Of a stretch of DNA of 64,000 nucleotides, positions 8,386-17,998 are shown piece by piece. A program made the translations under genes and the position numbers. This stretch comes from Candidatus Lustribacter sp. (GTDB taxonomy: Bacteria; Vulcanimicrobiota; Vulcanimicrobiia; Vulcanimicrobiales; Vulcanimicrobiaceae), in contig OZ255842.1 in assembly GCA_965277805.1 (NCBI GenBank), positions 768,001-832,000 on the forward strand. Reading direction: 5' to 3'. Below the pieces are notes generated by a model, which was not told the DNA's origin, made no database searches, and saw only the letters and a program-made list of their open reading frames with translations. Numbering within the stretch: the stretch's first letter is position 1; every line of letters starts with the position of its first letter.

Positions 8386-11178
8386 ATGCATACTCTCAAG
8401 GGGGCGCGTGCGTTCGGCAGCGTAGCTGTCGTTCTGGCACTCCTCTCGACCGTGGTGCCCGTCGCCGCCGCGACGCCCCCGATTGCCGCCCAGGCAACGG
8501 CTCAGGCAACGTTCACCGGCACGGTTCACGACGATACCGGAGCCAGCGTTCCGAACGCGCAGGTCACCGTCAGCGGCCCTTCGACGCAGACGACCACGAC
8601 CGATTCGGACGGCAATTTCTCGGTCAGCCTCCCGCCGGGCATTTATCGCGTATCGATCGCCAAAGGCGGCTACAATCAAGTCGCGCTGCCGGACGTCGTG
8701 GCGACCGCGGGGACGTCGACGCCGCTCACCGTGACGATGTCTCAAACCTCGCTCAACTCACTGCAAACGATCGGCACGGTCACTTCGACCGGCGGTGGCC
8801 GCGGTTCGATCAACGCCGGTCCGGCGCAGACCACCGTCGTTTCCGGACAGGCATTTCAAGATCTCGGCGATCCGCAGATCAACAGCGTGCTGCAACGCAT
8901 TCCCGGTTTGACCGTCCAGCAGATGGGCAGTCAGCAAGACCGCACCATCGTCGTCGGCGGCGTGCAGCCGTACGAAACGCAGGTGCTCATCGACGGTCAT
9001 CCGCTGGCGCAAGGTCAGTACGGCGTGTGGGTCAGCACGTATTTTCCTTCATTTCTGATCGGCAGCGCGGAAGTGCAGTCGGGTCCCGGCAACACGACGC
9101 CGTTCGCCAACCTCGCGGTCGGCGGCACGGCCAACCTCGTCACCCCCGGATTCACGAAGCAAACGCACGTCTCGCTCACCGAGGGCGGCGACAACTACGG
9201 TTCACAGTGGAGCACGTTCTTGGGCACGGGTTCGATCGGCCACTTGGGCTACGTTGTCGATATCGGCACGTTAGGTCAGAATACGCCGTTCACGGGCACG
9301 CAAAAGTGCATCGTGCTGCCCGACGCCAACAAGCCCGGGGCCTCGGTCGTCGGCACGTGCGAATCGGCGGACGGCAATTTCTATCAGCGCGGTCTGGTCG
9401 GGAAACTGCGCTACGACTTCACGCCGACGACGTCGCTCACGGCGAGCTTCGTCGGCGCGTTCGGCGGCTTTGACCCGCAAGGCACGGCGTGGGGAACCGC
9501 CCTTGGGCCGACGACGATCGAAAACTGCGAAGTCGGACTGCCGGCCATCTGCGGCGTGCCCGGAAATCAGTACATCGGTAAAACCATCAACGGCTACGCC
9601 TGGTACACCGGCTCGTCGATCTACAACAATCAAACGATGTACGATGCGGAGCTCCGCACCGCGATCGGTACCGGCACGCTGCTCGTCCGTCCCTACATCG
9701 GGCAGATCGAGCCCGAGATCATCGTCAACAACAAAAACGAAGAAAACGTCAGCTTCTACGGTGCCCCGGGCGTCTTCGCGCCGGGTCTCGTGCCCGGGAC
9801 GGCGCCGCCGCCCGGCTACAATCCGCCCGCCGGCACGACCGAAGCCGACTGCACCGCGTCGTTCGGCAGCATCACGAACCCCGCCGGACTGTACTCCGTA
9901 ACCCCCACCAACCAGTTCGAGTGTTACGACAACCCGTACACCACGTACGAACAAGACAAGCTGTACGGGATGACGACGTCGTTCACGCAACCGCTGAGCG
10001 GCGACAACTTCCTCGAACTGACCTACGACTTTCACGGTCAGAGCACGTTCGCGTATATCGACCAGCCCTCGTTCGTCTCGGTTCCGTTCTCGACCGATCG
10101 CTATTCGACGTTCGCGCTCACCGGCAGCTTCGGTATTGCACCGAATACGACGTTCAACTTCGGCTTGTACAACACGCAGTGGAGCGTCAACGGCAGCAAG
10201 CCCGTCAGCAACGTCGACCCGACGCTGGTGGGCTTCACGCGCCAGATCTCGCACTTCGATCCGCACGGTGCCTTCGTGATCCGTCCGGATGCTTCGGATT
10301 CGATCCGCATCGCGGCCGGAACGTCGACGACGTTCCCGTTCGTCGGACAGGTCAGCGGCTTGGCAACGTTCGAACCGCCGGCCTGTTCGCTCGGCGCGCC
10401 GTACGCCGACGGCGGAACGCTGACCCAAAAGAACCCCAACCTCAACCCTGAGACGAGCATCGCGTATAACGTCGGTGCGGATCACCGGTTCTCGAACGGT
10501 TCCGTGCTGAGCCTCGACTTACAGAACACCGTGGTGCACGGCGTGTTCGAGGAACTCACGACATCGGTGCCGTCGACCAACCCGAATCTGTGCTTGGCGA
10601 CACCGGCACTGGAAGGCATCTACTATCCGGCGAACGTCGCGCGTCTCGTCGCGAAGTCGGCCAACCTCAAGTACACCTACGCTCCGAACAAGGGCTTCGG
10701 CTTCAACCTTGCGGTGTCGGCGGAGAGTTCGGTCGTCTCGGGCTTCACGGCCGCGAATGCACCGACGCTCCCGGCGAACAACGCGCAAGTCTGCGGCCCG
10801 GGCACGACGGTCGGCGCATCGACGTGTATCCCGTATCTGCAAGGGTACGGACAGTTCACGTGGACGCTGCCGAGCGTCGCCTTCCTCGCGCTCGGCGTGC
10901 AGTACTACGGCAACAACAACGCGTTCTTCTCGCCGCCATTCGCGCAGGTCGACTTCGTCGGCCGGCGTTCGGTGACGAAAGCCGTGTCGCTGCAAGTGTC
11001 GGTGCAGAACCTCCTCAACACCAATAACTACGGCCTGTATCTGCCGATCCCGGGCGCCGGCGTGCCGTTGATCACCAATAACGTCGTCGGCAACACGATC
11101 CAGCAAGGCTCGTTCGCGACCTCGCTCGTGCCCGCATCGCCGCGCTACATCCGCTTCGATCTGATGGTTCACATCTGA
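8386..11178 (+). CDS. TonB-dependent receptor with N-terminal carboxypeptidase-regulatory-like domain
   Basis: Signal peptide, GTVHDDTGASVPNAQVTV domain, plug (VLQRIPG...VLIDG), NPNLNPETS, C-terminal VQNLLN...PRYIRFDL. Confidence 0.88.
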   Translation: MHTLKGARAFGSVAVVLALLSTVVPVAAATPPIAAQATAQATFTGTVHDDTGASVPNAQVTVSGPSTQTTTTDSDGNFSVSLPPGIYRVSIAKGGYNQVALPDVVATAGTSTPLTVTMSQTSLNSLQTIGTVTSTGGGRGSINAGPAQTTVVSGQAFQDLGDPQINSVLQRIPGLTVQQMGSQQDRTIVVGGVQPYETQVLIDGHPLAQGQYGVWVSTYFPSFLIGSAEVQSGPGNTTPFANLAVGGTANLVTPGFTKQTHVSLTEGGDNYGSQWSTFLGTGSIGHLGYVVDIGTLGQNTPFTGTQKCIVLPDANKPGASVVGTCESADGNFYQRGLVGKLRYDFTPTTSLTASFVGAFGGFDPQGTAWGTALGPTTIENCEVGLPAICGVPGNQYIGKTINGYAWYTGSSIYNNQTMYDAELRTAIGTGTLLVRPYIGQIEPEIIVNNKNEENVSFYGAPGVFAPGLVPGTAPPPGYNPPAGTTEADCTASFGSITNPAGLYSVTPTNQFECYDNPYTTYEQDKLYGMTTSFTQPLSGDNFLELTYDFHGQSTFAYIDQPSFVSVPFSTDRYSTFALTGSFGIAPNTTFNFGLYNTQWSVNGSKPVSNVDPTLVGFTRQISHFDPHGAFVIRPDASDSIRIAAGTSTTFPFVGQVSGLATFEPPACSLGAPYADGGTLTQKNPNLNPETSIAYNVGADHRFSNGSVLSLDLQNTVVHGVFEELTTSVPSTNPNLCLATPALEGIYYPANVARLVAKSANLKYTYAPNKGFGFNLAVSAESSVVSGFTAANAPTLPANNAQVCGPGTTVGASTCIPYLQGYGQFTWTLPSVAFLALGVQYYGNNNAFFSPPFAQVDFVGRRSVTKAVSLQVSVQNLLNTNNYGLYLPIPGAGVPLITNNVVGNTIQQGSFATSLVPASPRYIRFDLMVHI

Positions 11179-11203
11179 CCGGCGGCGCACGCGCATAAAA
11201 AGC

Positions 11204-11234
11204 AAAGGCCTCACGCTACGGCGTGGGGCCTTTT
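11204..11234 (+). terminator. Rho-independent terminator
   Basis: AAAGGCCTCACGC-TACG-GCGTGGGGCCTTTT hairpin after the receptor stop. Confidence 0.75.
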
Positions 11235-11258
11235 CCTATCGACGCCGAACGCTTGCGC

Positions 11259-12149
11259 ATGGGGCTCACCACCGACGACGTAGCGCGCTATCACAACGAC
11301 GGCTACCTGATTGTCGACGGCTTGTTCGACCGGGCGACCGTCGATGCGTGTCTCGCCGAGGGAACGCGCGTCTGTCGCGGCGAGTACGGTCCGCTCGATG
11401 GTTTGCTGCCGTCCTCGGCCGAGCAGTCCGACGAGGACGTGCTCAGCGCATACATCACCTGCGCGATCGTGCACAAGATCTCACCGCTGTTCGGTACGTT
11501 GATTGCCGACGCGCGCATCGCGCCGATCGTCGAGAAGCTGATCGGCCCCAACGTAAAGGGCTTGCACAGCCAGTTTTTCATCAAGCATGCGGGCATGCCG
11601 GGCAACGCGTGGCATCAAGACGAAGCGTTCGTGCCGACGCGCGACCGCTCGTTGTGCACGGCGTGGGTCGCCCTCGATGAAGCGACGATCGAGAACGGCT
11701 GCCTGCGCTTTCTGCCCGGCTCGCAACGGGCCGGCGTGATCTATCCCCGCCGTCGTCACAACGACCCCTCGCTCGACCGCGAAGAAGAAGCATTCGGCTT
11801 TCCGGAACCGTTGGAGAGCGCCGTTGCCATTCCGCTGAAGCCCGGGTCGGCCGTGTTTTTCAACGGCTATCTCGTGCATGGGTCGTACCAGAACGTACGC
11901 GCCAACGGCTTCCGGCGCGCGCTGCTCTACACATACGCCAGCGCGGAAACGCTGATGGCCTGGAGCCCGCGCAACGATCCGGTGAGCGCCTACGATGACT
12001 ACCGCGACTACACGATGGTCTGCGGCAGCGATCCCTACGCGTGGAAGGGCGTTCGCGATCTGGGCCGGGCCTATCTGCGCAGGCCGGGTCCCACGCCGCA
12101 AGACGAGCAGCTTGCCGCGCTCGGCGAATCGCAACTCGCATTTCAGTGA
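11259..12149 (+). CDS. Phytanoyl-CoA dioxygenase (PhyH) family 2OG-Fe(II) oxygenase
   Basis: WHQD, ENGCL, HGSYQN...RRA motifs. Confidence 0.88.
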   Translation: MGLTTDDVARYHNDGYLIVDGLFDRATVDACLAEGTRVCRGEYGPLDGLLPSSAEQSDEDVLSAYITCAIVHKISPLFGTLIADARIAPIVEKLIGPNVKGLHSQFFIKHAGMPGNAWHQDEAFVPTRDRSLCTAWVALDEATIENGCLRFLPGSQRAGVIYPRRRHNDPSLDREEEAFGFPEPLESAVAIPLKPGSAVFFNGYLVHGSYQNVRANGFRRALLYTYASAETLMAWSPRNDPVSAYDDYRDYTMVCGSDPYAWKGVRDLGRAYLRRPGPTPQDEQLAALGESQLAFQ

Positions 12150-13075
12150 AGCGTATCGCCGTCATCGGCAGCAACATGATGGATCTCGTCACGTACGTGA
12201 CGCGCATGCCCGAGCGCGGCGAGACGCTCGAAGCTCCGCAATTCGCCCTGGCGCATGGCGGTAAGGGCGCGAATCAAGCCGTCGCTGCAGCCAATTTGGG
12301 CAGCGGCATCGTGTTTGTCGGCAAGGTCGGGGACGATGCATTCGGTTCGCTAACGCTCGAGAATTTTCGTCGTTACGGCATCGGTGTCGAGCATGTCGGC
12401 CGCGTTGACGGCGTTGCGAGCGGAGTTGCGCCGATCTTCGTGGAGCCGAGCGGCGAGAACCGGATCCTGATCGTGAAGGGCGCGAACGACTACGTATCGC
12501 CGGCCGACGTGGAACGAGCGCGCGGCGATCTCGCCGCATGTGAGGTGATCTTGTTGCAGTTGGAGGTTCCGTTGGAGACCGTGTACCGGTCGGTGGCGCT
12601 CGGCGTCGAACTCGGTATCCCGGTGCTGCTCAATCCGGCACCTGCGACGCCGCAGCTCGAGCTGGATCGCCTGAGCGGGCTCGCGTTTCTCGTGCCGAAC
12701 CAGAGCGAACTCGCACTGCTCAGCGGCAAGCCGTGTTCGAACGCGGCCGAAGCCGCGATCGCAGCGCGCGCGATCGTCGCAGCCGGCGTGAACACGGTCA
12801 TCGTGACGATGGGCGCCGATGGTGCCCTGCTCGTGCGCGCGGACGAGGAACGGCAGTTTGCCGCAGTGCCGGTGGTGCCGGTCGACACGACCGGTGCCGG
12901 CGATGCGTTCATCGGCAGTTTCGCGCATCATTTCGCCGCCGGTGGCGACGTCGTCGCGGCCATCGAGGCGGCGATTCGTTACGCCGCCCATTCGGTGACC
13001 CGCAAGGGAACGCAGATCTCGTACGCCAGCCGAGCGGAATACGACGCCTTCTGCTCCGCAACGAGGGACGCCTGA
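12146..13075 (+). CDS. rbsK: Ribokinase family, DeoK (deoxyribokinase)-like
   Basis: IAVIGSNMMDL, GGKGANQAVAAA, DTTGAGDAFIG, SVTRKGTQ. Confidence 0.9.
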   Translation: MKRIAVIGSNMMDLVTYVTRMPERGETLEAPQFALAHGGKGANQAVAAANLGSGIVFVGKVGDDAFGSLTLENFRRYGIGVEHVGRVDGVASGVAPIFVEPSGENRILIVKGANDYVSPADVERARGDLAACEVILLQLEVPLETVYRSVALGVELGIPVLLNPAPATPQLELDRLSGLAFLVPNQSELALLSGKPCSNAAEAAIAARAIVAAGVNTVIVTMGADGALLVRADEERQFAAVPVVPVDTTGAGDAFIGSFAHHFAAGGDVVAAIEAAIRYAAHSVTRKGTQISYASRAEYDAFCSATRDA

Positions 13076-13845
13076 TGGCTGCTGCTCGCCCTACACTGAT
13101 CCTCGGTGCGATGCCCTCCGAGGTGCGCGTCATTCAATCGCAGCTGGAACAGCGCCGTAGCGGCAAGCTGGCGTGTTTTCCCTACGATACCGGCATCTTG
13201 CGCGGGCGGCGCGTGATCGTGGCGGTCACCGGCGTCGGCGTGACCAACGGCGCGATGGTGGCGGCGCTGTTCATCGAGCGCTTCGCGCCACGCGAGCTGA
13301 TCGTCAGCGGTACCGGTTCGCGCTTCAACCCACGCATCCGCACCGGTGACACGGTCATCTCCACGAAGACGATCCATCACGCCGCCGGAAGTTTGACCGA
13401 CGGCGGGATGGTGTACCGCAAAGTGCGCGGTCCGCTGCCGGGTCAGATGACGTCGTGGTTTTATCGGCCCGACCCGGACTTGCTCGCGTTGGCGAAGCGC
13501 GCGATCGGGAGCTACGAGCCCGAAGAGATAACCGTCGACGGCGTGCGCTACGCGCCGCGCGTGCTGACCGGTGTGGTGACGGCGAGCGACATGTTCGGCG
13601 TTTCCGACGCCAAGATCGCCGACATGAAGGCCAAGCTCAATCCCGACATCATGGAAATGGAGAGTGCGGCGATCGCGCAGGTTGCGCATCAGCTCGACAC
13701 CCCACACATCGTGTTCCGGGCCGGCAGCAATCGCACGCAGTCGAATCCCGGCAACGACTACCGCAAGCTCGGCCAGATCGCTGCCAGCGCCGCGGCACGC
13801 TGGACCGTGCACTTTGCCGGCGCGCTGGCGGCGAACGCACGGTGA
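13075..13845 (+). CDS. MTA/SAH nucleosidase-family (PNP_UDP_1) enzyme
   Basis: LGAMPSE, TGVGVTN, MEMESAAIAQV, RAGSN. Confidence 0.85.
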   Translation: MAAARPTLILGAMPSEVRVIQSQLEQRRSGKLACFPYDTGILRGRRVIVAVTGVGVTNGAMVAALFIERFAPRELIVSGTGSRFNPRIRTGDTVISTKTIHHAAGSLTDGGMVYRKVRGPLPGQMTSWFYRPDPDLLALAKRAIGSYEPEEITVDGVRYAPRVLTGVVTASDMFGVSDAKIADMKAKLNPDIMEMESAAIAQVAHQLDTPHIVFRAGSNRTQSNPGNDYRKLGQIAASAAARWTVHFAGALAANAR

Positions 13846-14798
13846 TCGATCCGGCTCCGCCGCGCATCGATCTGCACCGTCACCTCGACGGCAACGTGCG
13901 GCTCGAAACGATCCTCGATCTCGGTCGCAAGCACGGCATCGCGCTGCCGGGTGATTCGATCGAAACGCTGCGCCCGCACGTCGTGGTGAGCGGCACCGGG
14001 CTTGGCCTCATGCCGTTTCTCGAACGCCTGCACTGGATGACGGCGGTCATCGCCGATACCGACGCGGTGCGGCGCGTGGCGCGCGAAAACGTCGAGGACG
14101 CGGCGCGCGACGGACTCGATTACGTCGAGCTGCGTTTCAGCCCGTACTTTCAGTCGCTTCCGCACGGTCTCGACCCGGTCGCGGTCGTGGCCGCCGTCGT
14201 GGCCGGTACCGAGGAGGGCCGCGCGGCGACCGGGTTGCCGGTCAACCTGATCGGTATTCTCAGCCGCACGTTCGGCGGCGACGCCTGCATGGCGGAGCTA
14301 GACGCGCTGCTCACCCATCGCGACGACATCGTTGGGCTCGACCTCGCCGGTGATGAAGCAAGGTGGCCGGCGGTAACGTTCGCCACGCACTTCGCACGCG
14401 CGCGCGAAGCGGGCTGGGCGATCACCGTCCACGCCGGCGAGGCCGCGCCCGCGGCGAGTATCTGGAGCGCCTTGCGCGTGCTCGGCGCCGATCGCATCGG
14501 GCACTGCACGCGTGCGATCGACGATCCGGCGCTGATGGAGTATCTTGCCGAGCACCGCATCGGCGTCGAAGTGTGCATTACGAGCAATGTTCAGACGGGT
14601 GCCGTGGCGAGCTACGCCGCGCATCCGCTCAAGACGTTTCTCGCGCAGGGCATCTTGGCGTCGTTGAACACCGACAACCCGATCATCAGCGGCATCGACT
14701 GGCCGCACGAGGTGGAGGTCGCGGCACCCGCCGCCGGTTTGACCGCCGGCGAGATCGCACAAGCGATGCGAAATGCGCGCGAGATCGCGTTCGTATGA
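13842..14798 (+). CDS. add: Adenosine deaminase
   Basis: DLHRHLDG, YVELRFSP, HAGE, RIGH, NTDNP. Confidence 0.92.
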   Translation: MIDPAPPRIDLHRHLDGNVRLETILDLGRKHGIALPGDSIETLRPHVVVSGTGLGLMPFLERLHWMTAVIADTDAVRRVARENVEDAARDGLDYVELRFSPYFQSLPHGLDPVAVVAAVVAGTEEGRAATGLPVNLIGILSRTFGGDACMAELDALLTHRDDIVGLDLAGDEARWPAVTFATHFARAREAGWAITVHAGEAAPAASIWSALRVLGADRIGHCTRAIDDPALMEYLAEHRIGVEVCITSNVQTGAVASYAAHPLKTFLAQGILASLNTDNPIISGIDWPHEVEVAAPAAGLTAGEIAQAMRNAREIAFV

Positions 14799-16006
14799 AG
14801 GCCGGCGTCTCCAAAGCTCCGGCAACGGCGATCGCCATCGCAACCTACATCGTCATGGGCGGCTTCTTCACGCAGAGCGGCGTGATCTTGGATGCGGCAG
14901 CGGCGTATTTCCACGCACCGATCCCCACTACCGCGACGCTGTTCTCGTATCTGACGGGGGGCAACCTCGTCGGCTTGATCGTGTGTTTGTTCGCGTTCAA
15001 CGTGCTGTCGATCCGCAGCGTCTTGTGGGTCGCCTATCTGACGCTTTTTGCCGGCGTCGCTCTGCTCGTCGTTACGCGCTCGTTGCCGGTCGGCGCGCTT
15101 GCAATCGGGTTGTGCGGATTCGGCGCCGGCGTCGGCTTGTCGGCGGGCGCCGTGATTATCGCGAAATCGTACGCGCTGCGGTCGCGCGCCGTCGCGTTCC
15201 TCGGCACCGACTGCACGTTCAGCCTGTCGGGCTACGTCTTTCCGGCTTTTGCCGCGAACGCGATCGCGCTCGGCTGGATGTGGCAGACCGGTTACATCAC
15301 GGTTGCAGCGGTCGCGGCGCTCTTGCTCGTAGCGGCGGCCTTCGTTCGCTTTCCGGTGACCGGCCGCGCGGCGGTTGCACAGCCCGCGGCCGAACGCGGC
15401 CTCGCCTCGCGGCGTTCGCGGATCGGCGTCGGACTGTTCGCGCTCGCGCTCGGGCTGTATCTGTGCGGTCAAGGTGCGTTCTTGATTTGGGCGCCGCAAT
15501 ATTTGCAGACGGTGTTCGGTCTTTCTCAACTGCTCGCTGCGCCGGTCGTCGGTCAGTTTTGGGGACCGTCGATCTTCGGACTGATCACGGCAGCGCTGCT
15601 CGTCACGCGCGTTCCCCCGCGCTGGGTCGTGATCGGTGCCGGGACGTTCTCCGTTGCGAGCCTGGTCGCGTGCATGCTGGCGCCCGATGCCCACACGTTT
15701 TTTATGGCCACGTTCGCGTTCGGGTTCACCTCAACGTGCTTGTTCAAGCTGCTGATTTCGCTCGGATCGGAGCAGATCGCCGGAGCGCCGCCGCAACTCG
15801 TCACGTTTCTTTTGCTGTCGGCGAGCATCGGGGGCACGATCGCACCCGCGCTCAGCGCGTGGTTCGTCAACGTGCGCGGTCCGCAGGCCGGCATTGTGAT
15901 GGCGCTCGTCTGTTACAGCGGGACGCTTCTGGCCGCCATCACCGCCTTGGTGATCGAGCGCGCGGAGAAGATTACTTCAACCGTTGTTCCAGCAAGCGCG
16001 TCATGA
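14795..16006 (+). CDS. MFS transporter (TsgA-like)
   Basis: About 12 hydrophobic segments; coupled to the add stop. Confidence 0.8.
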   Translation: MKAGVSKAPATAIAIATYIVMGGFFTQSGVILDAAAAYFHAPIPTTATLFSYLTGGNLVGLIVCLFAFNVLSIRSVLWVAYLTLFAGVALLVVTRSLPVGALAIGLCGFGAGVGLSAGAVIIAKSYALRSRAVAFLGTDCTFSLSGYVFPAFAANAIALGWMWQTGYITVAAVAALLLVAAAFVRFPVTGRAAVAQPAAERGLASRRSRIGVGLFALALGLYLCGQGAFLIWAPQYLQTVFGLSQLLAAPVVGQFWGPSIFGLITAALLVTRVPPRWVVIGAGTFSVASLVACMLAPDAHTFFMATFAFGFTSTCLFKLLISLGSEQIAGAPPQLVTFLLLSASIGGTIAPALSAWFVNVRGPQAGIVMALVCYSGTLLAAITALVIERAEKITSTVVPASAS

Positions 16007-16994
16007 ACAAGTGGAGCAGCGCGTCGTGGTTCACGTGCAGGCAAACGTTTGCGTTTGCAGCGCCGGTTTGCCGGCGCGTATAGCCTTGGTCATCGACGAC
16101 GACGTGCATGGCTTGGATTGGGCACAGCGCGGGATCGATGACGCGGGCGAGCGCAACGACGTCGTAGAGGGTCGGCGTATTGCCCCACGGATTGAGCTCG
16201 CTCCATAGATGATAGAGCTGTGAGAGCGCATCCGTCAGCGCGGTTCCCTGCGCAACGAGACGGTCGCGCCGGCTTCGATCGAGTGGAATTTGCGTCGAGT
16301 CCAGCGGCATGAGGTCGATGGGTACACCGGACCGGAACACTTTCTGCGCCGCGCGAATGTCTTGAACGATATTGTACTCGGCCACCGGCGGCGGCTTCGC
16401 CGGCCGTCCGAAATCGGAATAGCCGACGCCGATGGAACCGCCCATCAGCACGATCCGTTTGAGTTTCCGAAACGTTGCCGGGTCGCGATCTTCCAAGGCC
16501 GCGACGTTCGTCAGCGGCGCGATGGCGACGAGCGTAATCTCTCCCGGGTGGCGGCGTATCTGATCGAGAACGAACGGCGTCGCTGCGGGCCAACTGCGCG
16601 CAGGCACGGGCGATTCCTCGGCCCAATGCGCTTGCGTGTAGGTGATCGCTTTGCCGGACGGGTCGAATGGCCCGCGCGATGCCGTTCCGATCGCAACGGG
16701 GATGCTGGTTTTGCCTGCCTCGAACAGCAGGCGGTCGACGAGCCGGGCGCGCAAGCGCACGTTCCCCGACGCCGTCGTGATGCCGAGCAGCTGAATATCG
16801 GGACTCGCCAGCGCCAGAGCGATGGCGAATGCGTCATCGATGTCGGTTCCGATATCGGTATCGATGATGACTTTCGCCGCGGCGGAACTGCGAGTGTGGT
16901 GCGGTGCCGCGGCGCCCGCTGGTGAAGAAGACGGCATGACGATACTCGCTATGAGGCTCCACGCGAATAGGCAGCGCGCAAAACGCATCAGCAT
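15972..16994 (-). CDS. Inosine/uridine-preferring nucleoside hydrolase with signal peptide
   Basis: DTDIGTDIDDAFA, PLTNVA, MGGS, AEYNI; N-terminal hydrophobic leader. Confidence 0.9.
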   Translation of the reverse strand: MLMRFARCLFAWSLIASIVMPSSSPAGAAAPHHTRSSAAAKVIIDTDIGTDIDDAFAIALALASPDIQLLGITTASGNVRLRARLVDRLLFEAGKTSIPVAIGTASRGPFDPSGKAITYTQAHWAEESPVPARSWPAATPFVLDQIRRHPGEITLVAIAPLTNVAALEDRDPATFRKLKRIVLMGGSIGVGYSDFGRPAKPPPVAEYNIVQDIRAAQKVFRSGVPIDLMPLDSTQIPLDRSRRDRLVAQGTALTDALSQLYHLWSELNPWGNTPTLYDVVALARVIDPALCPIQAMHVVVDDQGYTRRQTGAANANVCLHVNHDALLHLFMTRLLEQRLK

Positions 16995-17043
16995 TCATAC
17001 GACGAGAAACTCATTGAAGCCCACCCCCTAAAGGATCAGCAAG

Positions 17044-17976
17044 ATGGAAGATATGACGCGCGCTACGGCGATTTCTGCACTGGCCGCCGGATCTGCGGTT
17101 GCCGCGGCGGGGCTGCCGCGTGCGGTGGTGAGTGCGCCGCTCGCGCCTGAGCTGACCGCGCTCCTTGCGACGCTCCAGCCCCGCGGCGGCATGATCGCTG
17201 CCGATCGCGTTCGCGCGAGCGGCATACCGAGGCCGGAACTGATGAACCGGCTGATTCCGTGGGCGAAGACCTTTGCCGACCCGCCGATCTCGCACTTCTT
17301 CGTCGGAGCGGTCATGGAAGGCGCGTCGGGTGCCTTATATGCCGGCATGAATCTCGAATTTCCGGGCGAGACGCTGGCCTTCACGATACACGGTGAAGGC
17401 GCGGCAACGGCCAACGCGTGGATGCACGACGAAACCGGCATCGTCTCACTCGCGGTCGGAGGTGTGCCGTGCGGTTACTGCCGGCAGTATCTCTCCGAAT
17501 TCGTGCAGCCCGAGAAGCTGACGATCTGGCTTCCCGAAGGCGGCAGCGTTACGCTTGCCGAGGCCATGCCGCACGCCTTCCTGCCTGCGGTTTTGGGCAT
17601 CACGGTCGATCCGTTTCACACGCGTAGCGCACTTCGGCTCGCAATGCCAAGTGCCGATCCGCTCGTGCTCGCTGGGCTAAAGGCCGCGATGCGTTCGCAC
17701 GCGCCCTATAGCAAGACGCTCGCCGGTTTCGCGCTGCGCCTGCGCGACGGCAGCATCATCACGGGCCGTCACGCCGAGAACGTTGCCTTCAATCCCGCCA
17801 TGCCCGCGTTGCAATGTGCGCTGATCGCACTGCGTCTTCGTGGATACAGCTATGCCGCTATCACGGCCGCGGCGCTCGTCGAGACCGCCGGCCGCGCATC
17901 GCAGCGAACGGCCACCCAGGCCGTGCTGCGAACGATCTCGCCGGTCGCGCTCACGTATGCGCGCGCGACGACGTGA
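17044..17976 (+). CDS. cdd: Cytidine deaminase (two-domain type) with signal-like leader
   Basis: PISHFFVGA, HGE, PCGYCRQ, SHAPYS, ENVAFNP. Confidence 0.88.
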   Translation: MEDMTRATAISALAAGSAVAAAGLPRAVVSAPLAPELTALLATLQPRGGMIAADRVRASGIPRPELMNRLIPWAKTFADPPISHFFVGAVMEGASGALYAGMNLEFPGETLAFTIHGEGAATANAWMHDETGIVSLAVGGVPCGYCRQYLSEFVQPEKLTIWLPEGGSVTLAEAMPHAFLPAVLGITVDPFHTRSALRLAMPSADPLVLAGLKAAMRSHAPYSKTLAGFALRLRDGSIITGRHAENVAFNPAMPALQCALIALRLRGYSYAAITAAALVETAGRASQRTATQAVLRTISPVALTYARATT

Positions 17977-17998
17977 TCGCGTAGCCGGAGCGGGCAGT

